From: Escherichia coli
GTDB taxonomy: Bacteria > Pseudomonadota > Gammaproteobacteria > Enterobacterales > Enterobacteriaceae
Assembly: GCF_003334385.1 (NCBI RefSeq)
Contig: NZ_QOWN01000027.1
Direction: 5' to 3' (one strand)
Length of the DNA stretch: 61,695 nucleotides
The position numbers and the translations under genes are program-made. Below, piece after piece: positions 20,036 to 32,042 of this stretch. Position 1 is the first letter of the stretch. Each line of letters begins with the position of its first letter. The notes under the pieces are model-generated. The model did not search any database and was not told the DNA's origin. It worked only from the letters and a program-made list of their open reading frames with translations.

Positions 20036-20326
20036 TCACGGTTTAATGACGTTCAGGGAGGTCTGGCGTTTTGGCGGTTGCGGGTATAGCGTGTCGTTAC
20101 CCCGAAAAGAAGTCCTCTGAATATATGATAAGTTGTCAAGGTTATTAAATATCTTTTTTGTGGCTGAGTTGATGTTTAAAGACGTGCGCCACTCTTCATT
20201 ACATATTATTGTACTAAGTGCATCAATAAAATCCTTTAAAACTTCTTTTACCTGCGGTGCAATATTACGTACGGGAAAATCATCAGGAAGAGATATGTAA
20301 TTGCTGATGCTTACTGGCGTAACCAT
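20036..20326 (-). CDS. Hypothetical 96-aa ORF, unassigned (possibly a remnant)
   Basis: ORF from the track only; AT-rich, no recognisable domain. Sits where I expect yneK in the K-12 reference. Confidence 0.2.
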   Translation of the reverse strand: MVTPVSISNYISLPDDFPVRNIAPQVKEVLKDFIDALSTIICNEEWRTSLNINSATKKIFNNLDNLSYIQRTSFRGNDTLYPQPPKRQTSLNVIKP

Positions 20327-20403
20327 ATTTGCCCCATATAGTCATAAGTCATCGGAACATCACTATATAGAGCATATTAACCGCAAGAACTATCAAAAAT
20401 AGC

Positions 20404-21285
20404 TCATTGATATCCCTGTCTTGCCGAGTCAGGCACATCCAGCAGTTGAATAAATGCCTCGAGCGGACGTGTTTTCGCACCACGACGCCAGACCAGCCAG
20501 GTTGTTAACCAACGCCATTGCTCAGCTAACGGCCACGCTTCAACCTGGTGATGCCCCGGCATACTTTCCAGCATAGAGCGCGGAATAAGCGCAATGCCTG
20601 CTCCTGCGATCACACAGGCCAACATTCCGTGATAAGACTCCATCTCATGGATAGTTCCCGGAGCGGCACCGTCAGCATGAAACCAGCTCTCGAAGTGGCG
20701 ACGATACGAACAATTGGCGCGGAAGGCATAAATGTTACTGCCATTAACCTGACTGGCACGGGTTACTGGCGCATATCCTTGTGGCGTGACGATCATCAGT
20801 TCCTCGCGGTATACCGGTATCCCGTCGATGGCAGTATGGTTAATGGGTCCATCAATAAACGCCGCATTCAGTTTTCCCTCCAGTACACCATCCAGCATAG
20901 TGCCGGAAGGGCCGGTGGAAAGTGAAAACTGAATTTTGGGATAACGACGGTTGAATTCCGCCAGCGTGGCTGGAATGCGCACTGCAGCGGTGCTTTCCAG
21001 CGAACCAAGAGAAAATAAACCTTGCGGCTCATCGCCAGCGACAACGCTCCGCGCTTCATCCACTAACGCGAGAATTTGTTGGCTATAGCGTAAAAAGTTA
21101 TGCCCGGCAGGAGAGAGACGTAAACGCTGATTCTCGCGAATAAACAGATCAACCCCCAGTTCTGTTTCCAGCTGGCGCAGACGGGTAGTGAGATTCGACG
21201 GCACGCGATGCACTTTTGCTGCAGCCTGGGTTATGCTGCCAGCTTCGGCAACCGCGTTGAACATCTCCAGTTGGGTCAGATCCAT
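20404..21285 (-). CDS. yneJ: LysR-family transcriptional regulator (293 aa)
   Basis: N-terminal HTH ([35 protein letters not shown]) and LysR substrate-binding domain; divergent from sad. Confidence 0.8.
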
Positions 21286-21385
21286 AGCATTCTCGATTCG
21301 TGAATAAGTGGCTTAATATTATTCATTTTAAAGCAAGAGTAAATCTGCGTATCTTCATACCATGACTCATAAAGGAGATACCCCG

Positions 21386-22774
21386 ATGACCATTACTCCG
21401 GCAACTCATGCAATTTCGATAAATCCTGCCACGGGTGAACAACTTTCTGTGCTGCCGTGGGCTGGCGCTGACGATATCGAAAACGCACTTCAGCTGGCGG
21501 CAGCAGGCTTTCGCGACTGGCGCGAGACAAATATAGATTATCGTGCTGAAAAACTGCGTGATATCGGTAAGGCTCTGCGCGCTCGTAGCAAAGAAATGGC
21601 GCAAATGATCACCCGCGAAATGGGCAAACCAATCAACCAGGCGCGCGCTGAAGTGGCGAAATCGGCGAATTTGTGTGACTGGTATGCAGAACATGGTCCG
21701 GCAATGCTGAAGGCGGAACCTACGCTGGTGGAAAATCAGCAGGCGGTTATTGAGTATCGACCGTTGGGGACGATTCTGGCGATTATGCCGTGGAATTTTC
21801 CGTTATGGCAGGTGATGCGTGGCGCTGTTCCCATCATTCTTGCAGGTAACGGCTACTTACTTAAACATGCGCCGAATGTGATGGGCTGTGCACAGCTCAT
21901 TGCCCAGGTGTTTAAAGATGCGGGTATCCCACAAGGCGTATATGGCTGGCTGAATGCCGACAACGACGGTGTCAGTCAGATGATTAAAGACTCGCGCATT
22001 GCTGCTGTCACGGTGACCGGAAGTGTTCGTGCGGGAGCGGCTATTGGCGCACAGGCTGGAGCGGCACTGAAAAAATGCGTACTGGAACTGGGCGGTTCGG
22101 ATCCGTTTATTGTGCTTAACGATGCCGATCTGGAACTGGCGGTGAAAGCGGCGGTAGCCGGACGTTATCAGAATACCGGACAGGTATGTGCAGCGGCAAA
22201 ACGCTTTATTATCGAAGAGGGAATTGCTTCGGCATTTACCGAACGTTTTGTGGCAGCTGCGGCAGCCTTGAAAATGGGCGATCCCCGTGACGAAGAGAAC
22301 GCTCTCGGACCAATGGCTCGTTTTGATTTACGTGATGAGCTGCATCATCAGGTGGAGAAAACCCTGGCGCAGGGTGCGCGTTTGTTACTGGGCGGGGAAA
22401 AGATGGCTGGGGCAGGTAACTACTATCCGCCAACGGTTCTGGCGAATGTTACCCCAGAAATGACCGCGTTTCGGGAAGAAATGTTTGGCCCCGTTGCGGC
22501 AATCACCATTGCGAAAGATGCAGAACATGCACTGGAACTGGCTAATGATAGTGAGTTCGGCCTTTCAGCGACCATTTTTACCACTGACGAAACACAGGCC
22601 AGACAGATGGCGGCACGTCTGGAATGCGGTGGGGTGTTTATCAATGGTTATTGTGCCAGCGACGCGCGAGTGGCCTTTGGTGGCGTGAAAAAGAGTGGCT
22701 TTGGTCGTGAGCTTTCCCATTTCGGCTTACACGAATTCTGTAATATCCAGACGGTGTGGAAAGACCGGATCTGA
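21386..22774 (+). CDS. sad: NAD-dependent succinate-semialdehyde dehydrogenase (462 aa)
   Basis: Aldehyde dehydrogenase family (ELGG motif; catalytic Cys in GQVCAAAKR). Start at ATG 21386 preceded by AAAGGAGA. Confidence 0.85.
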   Translation: MTITPATHAISINPATGEQLSVLPWAGADDIENALQLAAAGFRDWRETNIDYRAEKLRDIGKALRARSKEMAQMITREMGKPINQARAEVAKSANLCDWYAEHGPAMLKAEPTLVENQQAVIEYRPLGTILAIMPWNFPLWQVMRGAVPIILAGNGYLLKHAPNVMGCAQLIAQVFKDAGIPQGVYGWLNADNDGVSQMIKDSRIAAVTVTGSVRAGAAIGAQAGAALKKCVLELGGSDPFIVLNDADLELAVKAAVAGRYQNTGQVCAAAKRFIIEEGIASAFTERFVAAAAALKMGDPRDEENALGPMARFDLRDELHHQVEKTLAQGARLLLGGEKMAGAGNYYPPTVLANVTPEMTAFREEMFGPVAAITIAKDAEHALELANDSEFGLSATIFTTDETQARQMAARLECGGVFINGYCASDARVAFGGVKKSGFGRELSHFGLHEFCNIQTVWKDRI

Positions 22775-22837
22775 CGCGACATATTCAGCTCTGATATACT
22801 CGCAGGTCTTTTCAGACCTGCGGTCCAGGAGTAGAAA

Positions 22838-23764
22838 GTGGCAGTCGCCATGGATAATGCAATTTTAGAAAACATCTTGCGGCAAGTGCGGCCGCTCATT
22901 GGTCAGGGTAAAGTCGCGGATTATATTCCGGCGCTGGCTACAGTAGACGGTTCCCGATTGGGGATTGCTATCTGTACCGTTGACGGACAGCTTTTTCAGG
23001 CCGGAGACGCGCAAGAACGTTTTTCCATTCAGTCTATTTCCAAAGTGCTGAGTCTCGTTGTCGCCATGCGTCATTACTCCGAAGAGGAAATCTGGCAACG
23101 CGTCGGCAAAGATCCGTCTGGATCACCGTTCAATTCCTTAGTGCAACTGGAAATGGAGCAGGGTATACCGCGTAATCCGTTCATTAATGCCGGTGCGCTG
23201 GTGGTCTGCGATATGTTGCAAGGGCGATTAAGCGCACCACGGCAACGTATGCTGGAAGTCGTGCGCGGCTTAAGCGGTGTGTCTGATATTTCCTACGATA
23301 CGGTGGTAGCGCGTTCCGAATTTGAACATTCCGCGCGAAATGCGGCTATCGCCTGGCTGATGAAGTCGTTTGGCAATTTCCATCATGACGTGACAACCGT
23401 TCTGCAAAACTACTTTCATTACTGCGCTCTGAAAATGAGCTGTGTAGAGCTGGCCCGGACGTTTGTCTTTCTGGCTAATCAGGGGAAAGCTATTCATATT
23501 GATGAACCAGTGGTGACGCCAATGCAGGCGCGGCAAATTAACGCGCTGATGGCGACCAGTGGTATGTACCAGAACGCGGGGGAGTTTGCCTGGCGGGTGG
23601 GGCTACCGGCGAAATCTGGCGTTGGTGGCGGTATTGTGGCGATTGTTCCGCATGAAATGGCCATCGCTGTCTGGAGTCCGGAACTGGATGATGCAGGTAA
23701 CTCGCTTGCGGGTATTGCCGTCCTTGAACAATTGACGAAACAGTTAGGGCGTTCGGTTTATTAA
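22838..23764 (+). CDS. glsB: Glutaminase 2 (308 aa)
   Basis: Serine-dependent glutaminase family, 308 aa. Confidence 0.85.
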   Translation: MAVAMDNAILENILRQVRPLIGQGKVADYIPALATVDGSRLGIAICTVDGQLFQAGDAQERFSIQSISKVLSLVVAMRHYSEEEIWQRVGKDPSGSPFNSLVQLEMEQGIPRNPFINAGALVVCDMLQGRLSAPRQRMLEVVRGLSGVSDISYDTVVARSEFEHSARNAAIAWLMKSFGNFHHDVTTVLQNYFHYCALKMSCVELARTFVFLANQGKAIHIDEPVVTPMQARQINALMATSGMYQNAGEFAWRVGLPAKSGVGGGIVAIVPHEMAIAVWSPELDDAGNSLAGIAVLEQLTKQLGRSVY

Positions 23765-24123
23765 TGCAGTCTCTCGATCCACTCTTCGCGCGTTTATCCC
23801 GTTCAAAATTTCGCTCTCGCTTTCGTCTGGGCATGAAAGAGCGTCAGTATTGCCTGGAGAAAGGCGCGCCAGTCATCGAACAACATGCGGCGGATTTTGT
23901 CGCTAAACGTCTTGCTCCGGCATTACCGGCTAATGACGGTAAGCAAACCCCCATGCGCGGGCATCCGGTGTTTATCGCTCAGCACGCCACCGCGACCTGC
24001 TGTCGCGGTTGTCTGGCTAAGTGGCATAACATTCCGCAGGGTGTTTCGTTAAGCGAAGAACAACAACGTTATATCGTGGCGGTAATCTATCACTGGCTGG
24101 TTGTACAGATGAATCAGCCATGA
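23764..24123 (+). CDS. yneG: Conserved protein YneG (119 aa), translationally coupled to glsB
   Basis: TAATG stop/start overlap with glsB; 119 aa. Confidence 0.7.
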   Translation: MQSLDPLFARLSRSKFRSRFRLGMKERQYCLEKGAPVIEQHAADFVAKRLAPALPANDGKQTPMRGHPVFIAQHATATCCRGCLAKWHNIPQGVSLSEEQQRYIVAVIYHWLVVQMNQP

Positions 24124-24234
24124 GAATTGCGGAAAACGACAAAATAGCATTCCCAGGGTACCTTTATTTGCCGCCGCTGTCAGCGAACATGCTATCTTGG
24201 TTCGGTCAGTATTGATAGTCTGGATTTCTGGCCT

Positions 24235-25182
24235 TTGCTTGCGGACTGGTTCAGTGAGCAATTCTCAACGGGCGTGTTGATCGTGCCTTGTATGCTGACG
24301 TTGGCTATTCCTGGAGTGCTGCCGCGCTTTAAAGCAGAACAGATGATGCCCGCCATCGCGCTTATTGTGTCGGTTATTGCCTCGGTAGTCATTGGCGGAG
24401 CGGGGAGTCTGGCGTTCCCGCTGCCTGCATTAATCTGGTGTGCAGTGCGCTATACGCCGCAGGTAACATGTCTGTTGACCTTTGTCACCGGTGCGGTGGA
24501 AATCGTACTGGTGGCAAATTCGGTGATTGATATCTCGGTCGGTTCGCCGTTCTCCATTCCGCAAATGTTCTCCGCACGTCTCGGTATTGCCACGATGGCG
24601 ATATGCCCAATTATGGTTTCTTTTAGCGTGGCAGCGATCAATTCGCTAATGAAGCAAGTTGCGCTGCGAGCCGACTTTGATTTTCTGACTCAGGTTTACT
24701 CACGGTCCGGTCTTTATGAGGCGCTGAAAAGTCCATCGCTGAAACAGACACAACATCTGACTGTCATGCTGCTTGATATCGACTATTTCAAAAGCATTAA
24801 CGATAACTATGGACATGAATGTGGCGATAAAGTGTTAAGCGTGTTTGCCCGGCATATTCAGAAGATTGTCGGTGATAAGGGGTTGGTGGCGCGAATGGGC
24901 GGCGAAGAATTTGCTGTTGCAGTGCCGTCGGTGAATCCTGTCGATGGTCTGCTAATGGCGGAAAAAATCCGTAAAGGCGTTGAACTGCAACCATTCACCT
25001 GGCAACAAAAAACGCTTTATCTCACGGTAAGTATTGGCGTCGGTAGTGGTCGCGCATCGTACCTAACGCTGACCGATGACTTTAATAAATTGATGGTCGA
25101 AGCCGATACGTGTCTGTATCGCTCGAAGAAAGATGGGCGCAACCGTACCAGCACTATGCGTTACGGTGAGGAAGTTGTCTGA
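24235..25182 (+). CDS. dgcF: Membrane-anchored diguanylate cyclase (GGDEF), 315 aa
   Basis: N-terminal transmembrane segments and a C-terminal GGDEF domain with the RMGGEEFAV motif. Confidence 0.8.
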   Translation: MLADWFSEQFSTGVLIVPCMLTLAIPGVLPRFKAEQMMPAIALIVSVIASVVIGGAGSLAFPLPALIWCAVRYTPQVTCLLTFVTGAVEIVLVANSVIDISVGSPFSIPQMFSARLGIATMAICPIMVSFSVAAINSLMKQVALRADFDFLTQVYSRSGLYEALKSPSLKQTQHLTVMLLDIDYFKSINDNYGHECGDKVLSVFARHIQKIVGDKGLVARMGGEEFAVAVPSVNPVDGLLMAEKIRKGVELQPFTWQQKTLYLTVSIGVGSGRASYLTLTDDFNKLMVEADTCLYRSKKDGRNRTSTMRYGEEVV

Positions 25183-25408
25183 CATCTTTATTCATTACGC
25201 GCGATTTGAATGCAATGTGTTCTACCACTTTATGATCCAGGAAAAGGCGTTTTTCCTCGATTAAACCATGATCCGCGCCACACTTTTCTCATAAAACTGC
25301 TCATTAATCATCAGGAGTTGATCAAAACAGGGGTTCGGCGTATTAAAGTTTGCTAACCTGTCGTACCAATTTAAACAGGTTGTATGACTAATCAGAAGGG
25401 AACCCATT

Positions 25409-26860
25409 GTGAAAACACTAAATCGTCGCGATTTTCCCGGTGCACAGTATCCAGAACGTATCATTCAGTTTGGTGAAGGTAACTTCCTGCGCGCCTTTGT
25501 TGACTGGCAAATCGATCTCCTGAATGAGCACACCGATCTGAATTCTGGCGTGGTCGTTGTTCGTCCGATTGAAACTTCATTCCCGCCGTCACTGAGCACG
25601 CAGGATGGTCTGTACACCACCATTATCCGTGGCCTGAATGAGAAGGGGGAATCGGTCAGCGACGCGCATCTGATTCGCTCGGTTAATCGTGAAATCAGCG
25701 TCTACAGTGAATACGATGAATTCCTGAAACTGGCGCACAACCCGGAAATGCGCTTTGTTTTCTCTAACACCACCGAAGCGGGTATCAGCTACCATGCGGG
25801 CGATAAATTCGATGACGCGCCAGCGGTAAGCTATCCGGCAAAACTGACCCGTCTGCTGTTCGAACGCTTTAGCCATTTCAACGGTGCGCTGGATAAAGGT
25901 TGGATCATCATTCCGTGTGAGTTGATTGACTACAATGGCGACGCGTTGCGTGAACTGGTGCTGCGCTATGCGCAAGAGTGGGCACTGCCAGAAGCATTTA
26001 TTCAATGGCTGGATCAGGCTAACAGCTTCTGTTCTACGCTGGTGGACCGTATCGTTACCGGTTATCCGCGCGATGAAGTGGCTAAACTGGAAGAAGAACT
26101 GGGTTATCACGATGGTTTTCTCGACACCGCTGAACACTTTTACCTGTTTGTGATTCAGGGACCGAAATCCTTAGCGACTGAACTGCGTCTGGACAAATAT
26201 CCGCTCAACGTGCTGATTGTTGACGATATTAAACCGTACAAAGAACGCAAAGTGGCAATCCTCAACGGTGCGCACACCGCGCTGGTGCCGGTGGCGTTCC
26301 AGGCAGGGCTGGATACCGTAGGTGAAGCGATGAACGATGCTGAAATTTGCGCATTCGTTGAAAAAGCTATCTACGAAGAAATTATTCCGGTACTGGATTT
26401 GCCTCGTGATGAACTGGAATCTTTCGCCAGTGCAGTCACCGGGCGTTTCCGTAACCCGTACATTAAGCATCAGCTGCTGTCTATCGCGCTCAACGGTATG
26501 ACCAAGTTCCGCACCCGCATCCTGCCACAGCTGCTGGCAGGGCAGAAGGCAAACGGCACACTTCCGGCGCGCCTTACTTTCGCATTAGCGGCATTGATTG
26601 CGTTCTATCGTGGTGAGCGTAACGGCGAAACATATCCGGTACAGGACGATGCACACTGGCTGGAACGTTATCAGCAACTCTGGAGCCAGCATCGTGACCG
26701 TGTTATCGGCACCCAGGAACTGGTAGCGATTGTTTTGGCAGAAAAAGACCACTGGGAGCAGGACCTGACGCAAGTGCCTGGTCTGGTCGAGCAGGTTGCT
26801 AATGACCTGGATGCGATTCTCGAAAAAGGGATGCGCGAAGCTGTACGTCCGTTGTGCTAA
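25409..26860 (+). CDS. uxaB: Altronate oxidoreductase (tagaturonate reductase), 483 aa
   Basis: Mannitol-dehydrogenase-family motif [13 protein letters not shown] at the N-terminus; 483 aa. Confidence 0.85.
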   Translation: MKTLNRRDFPGAQYPERIIQFGEGNFLRAFVDWQIDLLNEHTDLNSGVVVVRPIETSFPPSLSTQDGLYTTIIRGLNEKGESVSDAHLIRSVNREISVYSEYDEFLKLAHNPEMRFVFSNTTEAGISYHAGDKFDDAPAVSYPAKLTRLLFERFSHFNGALDKGWIIIPCELIDYNGDALRELVLRYAQEWALPEAFIQWLDQANSFCSTLVDRIVTGYPRDEVAKLEEELGYHDGFLDTAEHFYLFVIQGPKSLATELRLDKYPLNVLIVDDIKPYKERKVAILNGAHTALVPVAFQAGLDTVGEAMNDAEICAFVEKAIYEEIIPVLDLPRDELESFASAVTGRFRNPYIKHQLLSIALNGMTKFRTRILPQLLAGQKANGTLPARLTFALAALIAFYRGERNGETYPVQDDAHWLERYQQLWSQHRDRVIGTQELVAIVLAEKDHWEQDLTQVPGLVEQVANDLDAILEKGMREAVRPLC

Positions 26861-26877
26861 TAACACCGTTACTTCTG

Positions 26878-26905
26878 AACCCGGTTTCGACCGGGTTTCT
26901 TATTT
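26878..26905 (+). terminator. Rho-independent terminator of uxaB
   Basis: ACCCGGT-ttcg-ACCGGGT hairpin followed by TTCTTATTT. Confidence 0.7.
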
Positions 26906-27066
26906 CACCATATTAGTTACAACATCCTATATGCCTTTATCATTAACAGGTGCCACATGCAACGCCTGCTAATGTTGTAAGCTTGTAGGTAATTTGTAAG
27001 TAGCGTCTTGAGAATGTGATCGTAATCACGTTTAATAGGGCGACTTTTCCACGCCTGAAGATAACC

Positions 27067-27981
27067 ATGATTGTTCGTCCACAACAACACTGGCTGCGCC
27101 GTATTTTTGTCTGGCACGGCTCAGTATTATCCAAGATATCCTCGCGCTTACTACTCAATTTTCTCTTTTCTATCGCTGTTATTTTCATGCTGCCCTGGTA
27201 CACGCATCTGGGCATCAAATTCACCCTCGCACCGTTCAGCATTCTCGGTGTCGCCATCGCCATTTTTCTTGGTTTTCGTAATAATGCCGGGTACGCCCGT
27301 TACGTTGAAGCGCGAAAACTTTGGGGGCAGTTGATGATTGCCTCACGGTCGTTACTGCGCGAGGTAAAAACGACATTGCCGGATTCGGCAAGTGTAAGGG
27401 AGTTTGCCCGGCTGCAAATCGCTTTCGCCCACTGTTTACGCATGACATTACGCAAACAGCCACAGGCGGAAGTGCTGGCTCATTATCTCAAGACTGAAGA
27501 TCTTCAGCGTGTACTGGCTTCGAACTCTCCAGCTAACCGTATCTTGTTAATAATGGGAGAATGGTTGGCGGTTCAGCGCCGCAATGGACAGCTTTCAGAT
27601 ATCCTGTTTATTAGCCTCAACGATCGGCTTAATGATATTTCAGCGGTCCTGGCAGGATGCGAGCGCATTGCCTATACGCCAATTCCCTTTGCCTACACCC
27701 TGATTTTGCATCGTACCGTTTATCTGTTTTGTATCATGCTGCCGTTCGCGCTGGTCGTGGACCTGCATTACATGACGCCTTTTATCTCTGTGCTGATTTC
27801 CTACACTTTTATTTCGCTGGATTGTCTGGCGGAAGAACTGGAAGATCCGTTCGGTACTGAAAACAATGATTTACCACTGGATGCCATCTGCAACGCTATT
27901 GAAATTGACCTGTTACAGATGAACGATGAAGCCGAAATTCCAGCAAAAATTCTTCCCGATCGTCATTACCAGCTGACGTGA
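27067..27981 (+). CDS. yneE: Bestrophin-like membrane protein (304 aa)
   Basis: Start at ATG 27067 (MIVRPQQHW...), giving 304 aa; the ORF track extends 17 codons upstream. Confidence 0.7.
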   Translation: MIVRPQQHWLRRIFVWHGSVLSKISSRLLLNFLFSIAVIFMLPWYTHLGIKFTLAPFSILGVAIAIFLGFRNNAGYARYVEARKLWGQLMIASRSLLREVKTTLPDSASVREFARLQIAFAHCLRMTLRKQPQAEVLAHYLKTEDLQRVLASNSPANRILLIMGEWLAVQRRNGQLSDILFISLNDRLNDISAVLAGCERIAYTPIPFAYTLILHRTVYLFCIMLPFALVVDLHYMTPFISVLISYTFISLDCLAEELEDPFGTENNDLPLDAICNAIEIDLLQMNDEAEIPAKILPDRHYQLT

Positions 27982-27984
27982 TAT

Positions 27985-28743
27985 TTACTCCATACGCCGG
28001 GCAACAATAAACAGACGCGGAAATGCCAGCAGTATCTGTCCGTTCTCTTGCAGTGGATACTGCTCTTCCAGCATCTGATGGTAGCGCTTAAGAAAAAGCT
28101 GCTGTTCGCTCTCGGTCAGATCCTGTAACCACGGACGTAATCCAGTGGCAGTCACCCAATCGATAATCGCCTGGTGTGACGGCATCTGGTGATAGTAGGT
28201 GGTTCGCCAGATATCGACCTCACATCCGGCTTCGCTCAAAATATCGTAGTAAGCATGAACGCCAGCCAACGGCTCACGCCCGCGATCCGGGTAGTTTTGT
28301 TCCCAGGCAACTTCGCGCATGAGCACATGGGTCGGCTCCAGCCAGTTATCTGGCATCTGTACTGCCAGCACGCCCTGCGGATTAAGTAAAGAAACCAGAT
28401 GAGGAAACAATTCGTAGTGGTCGGGCAGCCATTGCAGTGAGGCATTAGCAAAAATCAGATCGAGTGCCTGTACCGGTTGCCAGTTGCGGATGTCTGCTTC
28501 CACGAACTGGCAGTCTGGCAAAGCACTGCGCGCTTCAGCAATCATCGCCGGAGACGAGTCGATGCCTGTTATCCTGGCCGCAGGCCAACGTTGTTGTAGA
28601 AGGGCGGTGCTGTTACCTGGGCCACAGCCAAGATCGGCAACATATTCGACATTTTCCAGCGGCACTCTGGCAAGCAGCTCCACCGCCGGACGCGATCGTT
28701 CAGCGGAAAAGTGTAGATATAAAGAGGGGTTCCAGTCAGACAT
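27985..28743 (-). CDS. tam: Trans-aconitate 2-methyltransferase (252 aa)
   Basis: SAM-methyltransferase motif ([12 protein letters not shown]); 252 aa. Confidence 0.85.
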
Positions 28744-28799
28744 TTTTTTACTCCCGTCAGCGCGTTACCCCAATTGTAGATAAAATTGATAAATTCGCC

Positions 28800-29090
28800 T
28801 CACGGCATCAAACCATTGAACAGACGTTTTTTACGCGGCCCGGTCATTAAAGATTCCAGTTTCGCGACACAGGTTTTGTAGTGGGGCGTGGTTTTATGGA
28901 ACGCCACTGCGTCTTCATCTTTATAGGCTTCGTAGATATAAAAGCGCGAATTCACTTCCGGGTCCTGTAAGACATCGAAGCGCAAATTGCCTTCTTCCTG
29001 TACAGAGCCCAGGTGGTTCTGGCGAAAAACTTCGATAAACTCGTCAACCTTGTCTTCATGAACGTTAATTTCAACCAGTGTGACGTGCAT
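28800..29090 (-). CDS. lsrG: Phospho-DPD isomerase LsrG (96 aa)
   Basis: 96-aa ABM-fold-like protein at the distal end of the lsrACDBFG operon. Confidence 0.85.
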   Translation of the reverse strand: MHVTLVEINVHEDKVDEFIEVFRQNHLGSVQEEGNLRFDVLQDPEVNSRFYIYEAYKDEDAVAFHKTTPHYKTCVAKLESLMTGPRKKRLFNGLMP

Positions 29091-29113
29091 AATTCTTCTC
29101 CTTAGATCCGCAG

Positions 29114-29989
29114 TTACTGTTTTTCACTCAGATAGAGTTCATATGCCCGATCAGCCGTTTCGTTATGGTGAACCACCGCCTGTACGGCTTTCATCATCGC
29201 CACCGGATGGTCAGACTGGAAAATATTACGCCCCATATCCACACCAGAAGCGCCCTGATCGATAGCCTGCCAGCACATTTCCAGCGCCTCGCGCTCCGGT
29301 AATTTTTTACCGCCAGCAATAACAATGGGTACCGGACATCCGGCAACAATCCGTTCAAAACCTTTTTCGACATAATAGGTTTTGATAATTTGCGCCCCCA
29401 TTTCAGCGGCGATTCGAGTCGCGAGCGAGAAATAACGCTGATCGCGCACCATATCTTTGCCCACGCCAGTCACGGCCATGGTCGGCATTCCCACTTTCAT
29501 TCCGGCATCAACCAGCTGAATAATATTTTTGATCGACTGATGTTCATATTCGCTGCCGATATAAACCTGCGCCGCCACCGCGCAACTGTTCAGGCGCACG
29601 GCGTCATCCATCGATAACGCCACGGCTTCATTACTTAATTCCGCCAGAATAGAGTTCGCACCTGACGCCCGCAGTACCACCGGCCTATTGGTCGCAGGGG
29701 GAACTACGCTGCGCAAAATGCCGCGCGTACACATTAATACATCGGCATGTTCAAACAGCGGGGCGATATTTATATCAATGCGTTCAAGTCCGGTAGTCGG
29801 TCCCTGAAAATAACCATGGTCAAAAGCCAGCATCACGGTTTTACCCGTTTTCGGATTAAATATCCGCGATAAGCGTGACTGCATTCCCCAATCCAGCGCA
29901 CCGCAACCTTTCAGGGTAAAAGGGATATTTTTTTGCGGTTGATCGGTACGAAAATCTTTACCATCTTTAATATCGTCTAAATCTGCCAT
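29114..29989 (-). CDS. lsrF: 3-hydroxy-5-phosphonooxypentane-2,4-dione thiolase LsrF (291 aa)
   Basis: Class I aldolase-like, 291 aa, in lsr operon order. Confidence 0.85.
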   Translation of the reverse strand: MADLDDIKDGKDFRTDQPQKNIPFTLKGCGALDWGMQSRLSRIFNPKTGKTVMLAFDHGYFQGPTTGLERIDINIAPLFEHADVLMCTRGILRSVVPPATNRPVVLRASGANSILAELSNEAVALSMDDAVRLNSCAVAAQVYIGSEYEHQSIKNIIQLVDAGMKVGMPTMAVTGVGKDMVRDQRYFSLATRIAAEMGAQIIKTYYVEKGFERIVAGCPVPIVIAGGKKLPEREALEMCWQAIDQGASGVDMGRNIFQSDHPVAMMKAVQAVVHHNETADRAYELYLSEKQ

Positions 29990-30015
29990 AACTTACTCCG
30001 GTTAAGTAATGCACA

Positions 30016-31038
30016 TCAGAAATCGTATTTGCCGATATTCTCTTTGTTGAATATCACGCGCTCCGGTAACAGTACGATGCCATTACCATCCGCTTCGTAG
30101 TCATAGCCCTGAACGCTGTTTGGCGAGACTTCAACCTGACCTACGCCCTTGATATCCAGCTTGTCGCCCGTTTTCATTGATCCTTTTTTCAATAATGCAT
30201 CCGCGACATACACTGAAATTTTGCCTTGCTGAACCACATCCCACAGGCCAAATTCTTTCACCGTGCCGCGCTCTACATACGGGCGCATCACATTTGGCGT
30301 ACTGAATCCGACAATCGCTACTTTGTCATTTTTCAAGTTTTCTGCGGCTTGTGCGGCAGCGGGCAGGGCGTTGGCATCGGGGGCGATAATGGCGTCGAGA
30401 TCGCTATACGCTTTTAATATTCCTTCTGCGGTTTGTAACGATTTAGTGGCATCGTTATAGCCAAACTGCGTAGTGACAATTTCCCAGCCTGGATGCTCTT
30501 TGGCGATTTTCGCTTTCGCTTCTTTCACCCACTGGTTTTGGTCCGTAACGGTGGGGCTTGAGTAGAAAAACGCGACTTTGGCTTTGTCTTTATTCACCTG
30601 ACGCGCCGCCATATCCACCAACATACCTCCTAACTGGGCGGGCGTTCCCTGATTAATGTAGTAAGAGCGGCACTCCGGTTTAGTATCAGAGTCCCAGGTC
30701 AGCACTCTCACACCACGTTGCATGGCGCGTTTCAGTGCCGGACACAAGCCATCAGGCGAAACCGCAGAAACGATAATGGCGTTATAACCTTGATTGACGA
30801 AGTTATTAATCAACTGTACCTGACCAGAAACACTGGGTTCTGTCGGCCCGTCGTAGGTCACATCAACGCCCAGCTCTTTACCCGCTTGTTGTGCGCCGTT
30901 GCCACCGCTGGTAAAAAATCCCACGCCAACCAGTTTGGGAATAAATGCAATACGCTCTGCGGCCTGCACATTCATAGAGATTGCGGCAATGCCAAGAGCG
31001 CTAAGTAAGGCGATTTTCTTAAAGCGATGAAGTGTCAT
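30016..31038 (-). CDS. lsrB: Autoinducer-2 periplasmic binding protein LsrB (340 aa)
   Basis: Signal peptide plus periplasmic sugar-binding fold; 340 aa. Confidence 0.85.
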
Positions 31039-31049
31039 GAAGATATCCT

Positions 31050-32042
31050 TTATGGCAATGGGTTATTGGCCCGACGCGCCAGCCACTCTTTAATTTGCTG
31101 GCGATGCAGGCTAACGGAACGACCTACGACAACGACGATAAGTAGCGCACCGGAAAGGGCGCTGGACACCTGATTTGGCACTCCTGCCATTTGCAAACCT
31201 TGTTGCAAATATCCCACTAATAAAACCGCAATGGCGGTGCCGATAATGGAACCGGAACCACCATAAATATTGGCCCCGCCAAGCACCACGGCGGTGATGG
31301 CGGGCATCAGAAACGACGCACCGAGATCGGAACGTGCTGAACCAAAATACGATACCAGCAGCACAGCGGCGACCGCAGACGCCAGCCCCGTCATGGCATA
31401 GAGCGCACATAAGGTACGGTTAACTGGAATCGCGCTATAAAGCGCCACGCGCGGGCTTTGCCCAATCAAAAACACATTACGTCCGGCATGGGTTTTATGC
31501 AGCCAGAGCCAGAAAACGAGGAGACATATCAGGAAGATAATCAGCGGAACGGGGAGTCCCAGCACATCCAGGTTAGCGAAATCTGTAAACGCCATCGGGA
31601 ATCCACCAATACCTTCGTACCCCGTCGCTCCGGCCATACCGGAAAGCAGCAGAGCGCTTCCGGCAAACAGATACAGCGTGCCAAGCGTAATCACCAGCGG
31701 GTTAACTTTGGTATAGATAATTAATCCGGCGTTGATCAGCCCGCACAATGCGCCGAGCAGTAAGGTCAGGAGTATCGCCAGCGGCATCGGCACACCACTT
31801 TGAAACAGTACGCCCAATGCAATGGCGCAGAGGCCGATGGTCGAACCAAACGAAATATCGATCCCGCCACTGACAATCACCATCGTTAGCGGTAGGGCGA
31901 CAATGCCAATGCAGATAAAGTCACTGGTGCTGAACAGCAACATATTGAGATCTAACATTCGCGGGTTAATTGCACCAAATGCGACAATCTCAATAACGAG
32001 CAGTGCGGCAAGAGCCAGTTCCCAACCGTAGCGAATACGCAT
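31050..32042 (-). CDS. lsrD: AI-2 ABC transporter permease LsrD (330 aa)
   Basis: Ribose-type ABC permease; operon position. Confidence 0.85.

Noticed and set aside
22801-22822. Hairpin GCAGGTCTTTTCAGACCTGC between sad and glsB
   Set aside because: Could be an attenuator, but there is no U-tract and it sits immediately before the glsB ribosome-binding site; insufficient evidence for a regulatory call.
25589-26137. 182-aa antisense ORF within uxaB
   Set aside because: Embedded antisense to a confidently assigned enzyme gene; no ribosome-binding site or domain.
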